A stretch of DNA of 64,000 nucleotides from Callorhinchus milii (taxonomy: Eukaryota). Of this stretch, positions 48,801-57,800 are shown in pieces. Location: contig NW_024704743.1 in the NCBI RefSeq assembly GCF_018977255.1, positions 12,030,001 through 12,094,000 on the forward strand, written 5' to 3'. The notes below the pieces were generated by a model. It saw only the letters and a list, made by a program, of their open reading frames with translations. It was not told the DNA's origin and ran no database searches. Made by a program: the position numbers and the translations under genes. Position 1 is the first letter of the stretch, and every line of letters begins with the position of its first letter.

Positions 48801-51800
48801 TCATTAGTACCGGACACTTTTGAAATGGGAAAGAGTTACTCTCTGGCGGAGTTAGTTGGTGGTCAGCAATCATTTGTCGCAACAGAGCCAGAAGCAGGGA
48901 GCTGCGGGCAGTCCAAGGGTGGCCGGGTCTGAATTTGAAGAGAAGAAGCAGCAGTGGGTTGTGAGTTCAGCTACAGTCAGCTCAGTGACTGCAGCCATCT
49001 TGCTATTGATTTCAAAGACTTCCTGGTCCAGTAAAGTGCCACTCTGGCCCTCACTCACGCTGGCCCTCACTCACGCTGGCCCTCACTCACGCTGGCCCTC
49101 ACTCACGCTGGCCCTCACTCACTTTGTCACTTGCTCGCTCTCAGTCTGTCACTCGCTCACTTTCACTCGCTCACTCTCAGGCTGTCACTCGCTCACTCTC
49201 AGGCTGTCACTTGCTCACTCTCTGTCACTCGCTCACTATCCTCACTCACTATCACTCATTTGTATTTTTATATATATATATAGTATACATATATATATAT
49301 ATAGAGAGAGAGAAATAAATGCTTTCAGTGTGGGTCTGTCACCTACAGAGAAACATTAAACCCTTTTTAATTGAAAGTCCGGATCTCCAATGATCGTGAG
49401 ATGAACTGGCTTAAGTAATGGAAGCTTTGGAGACTGAGACTCTGGCTACGGGAGCGCAATAGCATTTTGTCATTCGGTTCCGTGACCCATAAATCCGGAG
49501 GGAACTTTTCAGTGTGTGAAAGGTCTGATCGTAACCTCTCTTTTTGTTGCTCTGAGCAGCTTCTAGTGTACAGCTGCAAAGTGATGGGTAGGAAGTTTGT
49601 TCTCAGAAGTGCACAGCAAAACAGCTAGAGATTTAGGTTTTGATTGCTAGTTACAGAAGATCCCATGTGGAGTAATATTGACACAGTTACTTTCTCTTGA
49701 GTGAGTTTCTACAATTGACCTATAACCTCTATTTAATTTGACCATCGCCTCTAATCTTTTGTTTGTTCCAGAAGTGGGGGAGAGGTCCACAGAGCCTGCT
49801 CATCCTCTACACTCAGTCAACCTGAGCTTGTTATGCGTACCACCCCCCTACTCTTCTCCCCCGTGCCCCTCCTCACCCCCAATCTGCCATCAGCAGCAGA
49901 GCCTTCCAATTCTTTTCCAATTTTCCCCTAAGCTCTCAGACACCCCCTGCCCACTCGTGCCCTCTCTATCTGTCTTTTGATAGGCTTCCATAAAGACTGG
50001 AGCAGAGTTAATGAGTTGTGCTGTTGTGCAGGTGACCCGCTGGCTGACCTCTCCGAAGTGCTCACCACGGAGGTGGATATCCTGGGAATGCTCTCTGACG
50101 AACTGGGGAAAACCGGAGATGATTCAGGTAAGGGTAGGAATCACGTCTGTACAAGAGCAGCCAATCCCAGGCTTTCTTTCTATCTGCAGAAGCACATTAC
50201 GGTGTCCTGTCAAGTGCAAGCGTGTAGCTTATGTGTGTATTGCGTGTCTGTGTGTTGCGTGTGTGTTGTGTGTTGCGTGTCTGTGTGTTGTGTGTCTGTG
50301 TCTGTGTGTGTGTGTGTCTGTGTTGTGTGTGTGTGTGTCTGTGTTGCGTGTGTGTATGTGTTTGTGTTGTGTGATTGTGTCTGATGTCTGTGTGTTTTGT
50401 TTGTGTGTTGTGTGTGTTTGTGACTGTCTGTGTGTGTTGTGTGATTGTGTCTGTGTGTTTGTTGTGTGTGTGTGTTTGTGTCTGTGTTGGGTGTTTTAAA
50501 TCTCTCTTATACTTTTAGACTTAGCGCAGTGTTTCTCTGCTCGACTTGCCTTGGGACCTCAGCATCATTTATTGCACTGCTTTATACTGTGATGTGTGGT
50601 GTGCAATAGAGATGCATATTCTGTGTGTGTTTGTGAGTGTATGTGCGTTTTTATTTTTATGTTTCTTGTGTTTGATTTCTTTTTCTCGTTTTATTAATTT
50701 CATTTTTCTTTTTCAGCTCTTTTCCCGCCCTCCCCCACACACTCACTTTGTTTCCCTCTTTTTTTATTCATCCATTTTATCTGGTTTTGGGTCCCTTTGA
50801 GATCTTGATTTATGCACTTTCCAGGTCGAGAATTCACCCTCTCCATTTGGTAAGAGACTATAAAGCTGTGACTAGCCAGTAGCCAGTCCTTGTACAATGG
50901 TGCTCGTCTCGATTTCGAATCCTGTATGTGTGTGTGTGTGTCATAGAATCATGCAGCACAGAAAGAGGCCATTCGGCCCATCGTGTCTGCGATGGTTCCA
51001 AAACAAGCAATCCAACTCAATCCCACTGGCCTACTTTCTCTCCATAGCACTGCAATACTGTCCTCCCCAAATAACATAACATGTAGGAGCAGGAGTAGGC
51101 CATTCGGCGCTTCGAGCCTGCCCCGCCATTCAATCATGGCTGATCTTCTAATCTAACTCCAGCTAATAACCTGACCCTGCCTTATCCCCATATCCCTTAA
51201 TCTCTTTTGCAATAAGAAATCTATCTTTCTCAGTCTTGAATATGTTCAAATACTTCTCTCTTAAAAGTTGTTATTGAATCGGCTTCCACTACCCTTTCAG
51301 GTAATGCATTCTAGGTCCGAACACTCGCTGGGTGAAATTTTTTTCCTATTCTCCCCTCTTGTTTCTTTTAACAACTATCTTAAATCGGTGTCCTCGGGTT
51401 ACTGACCCACATGCCAGCGGAAGCAGTTTTTCCCGGTTCAACCTATCAAATCCTCTCCTGATCTTGAAAACCTCTATTAAATCCCCTCTTAATCTTCTCT
51501 GCCCTAGGGAGAATAACCCTAGTTTCGCTAACCTCTCCTCATAACTAAGCTCCTTCATTCCTGGTACCATCCTGGTAAACCTCCTTGGCACCCTAACCTC
51601 TTTCCTAAAGTGCGGTGCCCATAACTGAACGCAGTACTCCAACTGAGGCCTAACCAGCATTTTATAAATATTAAACTTTTGAATTCTCTGCCCCTATTTA
51701 TAAAGCATAGTATCCCATATGCTTTTTTAACAATTTTATCTACCTGTCCTGCCACCTTCAAAGATTTGCTTATATGGACCCCCAGATCTCTCTGTTCCTT

Positions 51801-54800
51801 CACCCCCTTTAAGATTGGACCATCAGCTTATATTGCCTCTCCTCATTCTTCCTACCAAAATGCAACACTTCACATTTCTCCACATTAAACCTCATCTGCC
51901 ACATTTCTGCCCATTTTACCAATCTGTCGATGTCCTCTTGCAGTCTGCTACTCCTTGTGAAGCGCACCATGTAAAAGCAAGTTGTTGTTGTGATGTTGGG
52001 AGAGGGCATCCACAACAGCGTAAAATGAGACATTTAGGAGAGGATCGAGATGTTTGAAATTATAAACGGCTTTCGAAAAGCTTAACTTAAATGGGCTGTT
52101 TCCACTGCTTGTGGGGGTCCATAACCAGGGGACAGAAGTATATAACAGCAATAGTTTGCCTCCAGATGCACAGTCACTACGCCTTAATCTGCAGCCTTGT
52201 GAATCCCAGCACCTGGAACTGTCCCTCTGCACACCAGTCTGCTTTGCATTCTCCCCCACCCCACTCCCAGCAAGAAAGCCACACTGTAAAATGCAAAGAT
52301 TTTTAAGTATTACTTACTTCAAATCAATCGCCTACAAATACAGTCACTACTCTAAAGAACATGTAAGAACATAAGAAATGCTAGACGATAAACGACTAAG
52401 ATCCATCTAGTTTGTCTTCCACCTTCCTGGTGGTCGCATGCACACATATGCGTACTATATCGCATTATGTTATTTCCTAAAAAGAAAAGGATCTAATCTG
52501 TGTTTGAAGGAATCAACATTTCCTGCTTCAACTGTCTCCCTAGGAGCCTGTTCTACAGGTCTACTATTTTCTCACTGAGATAATGTTTCCATAGATTTGT
52601 TCTGAAATTACCCCCCTTCACACCATATCCTCTGGTTTTACAATTCTGGACTAGTTGAAACAGCCTGTTATAGAATCATAGAATCATAGAATGATACGGC
52701 ACAGAAGGAGGCCATTCGGCCCATCGAGTCTGTGCCGGCTCTTTGACAGAGCAACTGACTTTTATTAACCCCACTCTTCAGCTTTCTCCCCATAACCCTG
52801 CAAACCCGTCTTCTCCAGATACGTATCCAGTTCTCTCTTAAAAGCTGTTATCGAATCGGACTTCACTGCCCTTTCGGGCAGATCATTCCAAATTCTAACA
52901 ACTCGCTGAGTGCAAAAAATTCTTCTAACCTCCCCTCTGCTTCTTTTGGTAGATATCTTAAGACTGTGATCACGAGTCACAGACACACCTACCAGCGGAA
53001 ACAGCTTTTCCCTATCTAGCCTGTCGAAACCTTATGATCTACAATGTCTAGCCCGTTTAGAATCTTAAAGACAGCGATCATGTCGCCTCTCAATCTTCTC
53101 TTTTCCAGTGTGAACATGCCCAATTTACTTAGTTGCTCCTCATAGTCCATTCCCTCCAATCCCTCAATCATTCTGGTCGCCCTCCTCTTGTATCCTCTCG
53201 ATTTCTCATATATCATGTAGGAGTCCTGTAGCTCAGTGGTTAGAGCACTCGCTTTGCAAGCAAGAGACCTGAGTTCACTTCCAGGCAGGGCGAAACCTTG
53301 GGCAAGTTTACTCCACACGCCTAATAATAATCCCTCCAAAAAAAACAATAATAAATTGGTCATTTTCAATCTACGACTTTTTGTGGGACATTGCTGTGCG
53401 CAATTGGCTGCTGCGTTCGCCCACAAATATACAGTCAATTCACTTTACAGTATACTCTGTGAAGCGCTTTGGGACGTCTAGAAGACGTGAAAAGCGCTAT
53501 ATCAAATGCAAGAATTATTATTATTATATCCATTTTGTACTGTGGCGACCAGAACTGTACAGAACTCTACCGCTCCACTCTAGCCTCGGCCAAATCGTCC
53601 TTCTACTCCAGGATAATCCTGGAGGCGAAGGACAAACCCAGGCTACTGTTCTCTACCACATCCCAACTCCTCCGTCCCCCCCGCCACCCCGCGCAGGTCA
53701 TCTCCTCCAACCTTCACTGCGAGGAGATGCTGGATTTCCTTGAATCCAAGATCAAGGGAATCCGCTCTGCGGTCACTTCCCCTCCAACATCCACCCACCA
53801 CCCACCCCTTCCCTCCCACACTCCGACTCCTACCCATCCTCCCCTACACACCTTCGTACCCGTTTCCCCATCCTCTGTCACCAAACTCATCCTCTCCCTG
53901 AAACCTACCACCTGCTCCCTTGACCCCATCCCCACTCCACTCCTTATCTCTCAGCTCCACCTCCTTGCCCCACATATCACAGACATCGTCAACCTGTCCC
54001 TCTCCTCTGGCTCTATTCCCATTCCCTTAAAAACTGCCACCATCACTCCCACCTTAAAAAAACCCTCCCTTGATGCGTCGCAGCTATCAAGCTACCGGCC
54101 CATCTCCAACCTCCCCTTCCTATCCAAGGTCCTGGAACGAGTTGTCGCCTCCCAGCTGCGCTCTTTCCTCTCCAACCATTCACTATTCGAACCCCTTCAA
54201 TCGGGTTTCCGTGCTGCCCATAGCACAGAAACTGCCCTGGTCAAGGTCACCAATGACATCCTGACCATCTGTGACCAGGGCTCCCTCTGCCTCCTCGTCC
54301 TCCTCGACCTATCGGCAGCATTCGATACGGTCGACCACGCTATCCTACTCCACCGCTTGTCCTCCCACCTAAACCTTCAAGGCCCTGTCCTTGAGTGGTT
54401 TAGGTCGTACCTCTCCCACCGTCTTCACTTTGTCTCCACAAATGGTTTTTCCTCCGGCCCCCGCACTGTCTCGTGCGGTGTCCCTCAGGGCTCTGTCCTC
54501 GGTCCCCTCCTCTTCACCCTCTATATGCTCCCCCTTGGTGACATCATCCGCAGACATGGGGTTAACTTCCACATGTATGCGGATGACACCCAACTCTACC
54601 TTTCCTCCTCTACCCTCAACTCCACGACCACCGATGTCCTGACAGCTGCCTGTCCGACATCGAGTCCTGGACGAGAGATAACTTTCTCCAGCTCAACGTG
54701 CGCAAAACTGAGGCCCTCCTGATTGGCTCACGTCAGCGCCTCCGCACCTCAGGCGCTGACAGCATCAGCATCCAAGGCTGCACTCTCCACCTCTCAAAGC

Positions 54801-57800
54801 CAATCAGGAACCTCGGTGTTCTGTTCGACCCTGAGCTGTCCTTTCTCCCCCATATCCGCGCCACAACTGGCACCGCCTTCCATCACCTCCGGAATGTCGC
54901 CAGACTACGGCACTACCTCACCCCTCACGCTGCTGAAACTCTGGTCCACGCCTTTATCACCTCAAGGCTGGACTATGGGAACTCTCTCCTCGCCGGCCTT
55001 CCCGCCACCTCCCTCCACAAGCTGCAGGTCATTCAGAACTCTGCAGCTCGTGTACTGTCCCGCACCAGGCTTCGCGACCACATCACTCCCACCCTCGCTC
55101 GCCTCCACTGGCTCCCCATCCCCCAGAGGATCGAATTCAAGATCCTCACCCTCACCTACAAGGCCATTCACGGCCTTGCTCCCCCCTACCTCTCCGACCT
55201 ACTATCCCCCTACCTACCTGCCCGTACCCTCCGTTCCTCTGGCTCCGGTCTGCTCCACATCCCACGCCCCAACCGCCCTACCATCGGTGGCCGGGCCCTC
55301 AGCCTCGAGGCTCTGGAACTCCATTCCCCAGTGCCTTCGCCGCCTCCTCCCTTTCCTCCTTCAAGGCCGGTCTCAAGACCTTTGACCGTGCCTTCAGCTC
55401 CCCTCTCGACTCTCTACCCCCTCCTCGCTCCCTCCTTTCCCTCCCCTCACCCTGACCATTTCGCCCCTGCTCCGACGTGAAAGGCGCTCAATAAATGGAA
55501 TCTTGTTGTTGTTGTTGTACACAGTGCTCTTTACAGAAAAAAATTCTGTGAAGCACTTTGTGATGTTTCGAACACATGATAAGGCATTCCATTCACTTTA
55601 CAGTGTATTCTATGAAGTACTTTGAGACATCTCAGTGACATGATAAGGCACTATATCAAATGCAAGGATTATTATATGATTATATTCTGTCGAATGTAAG
55701 GATTATTATTGTTACTTTATTATGACTATAACACTGTCCCTTGCTGTACATTCTGTCAATCTGTGTTTAGCTGGGCTGAATATTGGACACATGTCAGATG
55801 ATCCATCCAGCACTTCGCAATCGAGTGGAGGCCAGAGTTCAAGACCTTTGACCGAAGAGCAACTGGATCGAATCCTCAGCCCTGACCTGGAGAAGATAGT
55901 CACAGATGGTGAGATTGATATGCGGCCTTTTTTTGGCCAAGCTAAGCTGGACTCCAGCATTATAATAATAATAATAATCCTTGCATTTGATATAGCGCTT
56001 TTCACGTCGGGAGGACGTCCCAAAACGCTTCACAGAACACACTGTAAAGTGAATTGACTATATTTGTGGGCGAACGCGGCAGCCAATTGCGCACAGCAAT
56101 GTCCCACAAACAGTCGTTGATTGAAAATGACCAATTTTATTATTGTTTTTGTTTTTTTGGAGGGATTATAATTATCTCCCCAGGAAGGAGCGAGTCGGAG
56201 GACTAAGGGATGGAAGTCCAGAGCACAGGGTCAGAATAGCTGAAAGCTTACCTGCGGAGGTTAGGGCAGGGGACATGATTAGGCCAGTGTTTGCTGAGCA
56301 AAGGAAGTGGCTGGGTTAGTAAGGCTGTAAGTCTACAGAGCTAGCGGGGGAACAAGGCAGCGGAAGGGTTTAAAGGTGAGCGAGAGTCCTGAACTCTGGC
56401 TGCTGGGAAATGGTGTTCCAAAGGAGCTGAGCGAGGATGTTGTGGGGTGGGGATGATAGGCGCACAGAGCCTGGTCTGGGAGAGGACACAAGCTGCAGAA
56501 TTTTGGATAATCTGCAACTTGTATAGGGAGCCCACCAAACAGGGCATTAGTATAGTCAAGCCTGGACGTGATGAAAGCATGGATGAAAGGGGGGGTGGGG
56601 GAGAAAGAGAGGTAGTGACTGAGAAGGGAGATGTTATGGAGGTGAGAGAAAGATAATAGTCACCAGAGTTAGGTAAGCAGGGTAGAGTGTGGGAAAATCT
56701 CCCATCTATCAGTGGAAATGACATACATATTTGGAGCTCTGTCTGTCTGGTTAGGATAATCTCAATCACGGTGATGGGTTTCTTCGTGTGTCAGCACCCA
56801 GCTGACGAAAAAAAATGTACTGCCTTTGTTTGATTTGGTCTTTGTTCTGGAGGATTCTGCTATGAGTAACTAAAAGTATCCCTGTTTTTTTCATTTTGTT
56901 GTGCAGGAACAATTCTAAGCAAGCTGTACAAAATTCCAGGTATTTCTTTTCAACTTTTATGCATCCAAAACAGTTCACGTGAATTTGACTTTGTGACGGC
57001 TGAGATTTGGCCAGGCTAATGGTGTCGCTTATTCTTTTACAAAATGAAGAGCTGGAAGGGAAAGAAGTGGAAGATCTCTTTACAGCTGTGCTGAGTCCTT
57101 CTGCGAACCAGAGAGCCCCACCACCTGACCATGGTATAGTATCCGATTATTAGTGTATACACTACAGAGCAGCATTAATCAGCAACGGCTCTATTGTGCA
57201 CATGAAAACTGTGCGGATAATGGGATACAGCGCAAAATACAAATTGTCATCAGTGTTAATCAAAATCTTCTTTTCATCAGTGTGTCTGCACGTACTCATC
57301 TGTGTGTGCGTGTCTGTATGTGCACGTCCGTGTGTGCATGTGTGTGGGTGTCTGGGTGTGCATGTGTGTGTGGGTGTGCCTCTGTCTATCTCTCTGTCAC
57401 TGGCCATCTGTTTCTCTCTCTAACCCGAGTGCTCCCCAAGTTTCTACTTGCATGAAGAACTCTATATAAATGCAAGTTGTTGCTGTGTGTGTTTGTGGCT
57501 ATTTCTGTCTGTCTGTCTCTGTCACTCTCCCTCTGTCTGTTTCTCTCTCTCTGACCTCACACTGTAACAGATTCCTGTATAAAACCCGCTTACCTCTCGG
57601 TGCTTGTGAGAATGATGAATTCAGTAACCTCAAGAATACATGTGCAAATAGAGGTTTTCCCTAATGTCTCAAACGTTTCGAGCCAGTCATTGTGTGATAC
57701 ATAGCCTGCTCCTGCATTTAGACTAACTGACCCGTCCTTTGGGTGAGACGTTAAACCAAGGTCCCATCTGCCTGTTCAGGTGGATGTTAAAGGTCCCATG

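Noticed and set aside
53469..54722. Independent reverse transcriptase gene or retron-like system
   Set aside because: Ordinary 5'-truncated L2 ORF2; the predicted start lies in the upstream SINE tail.
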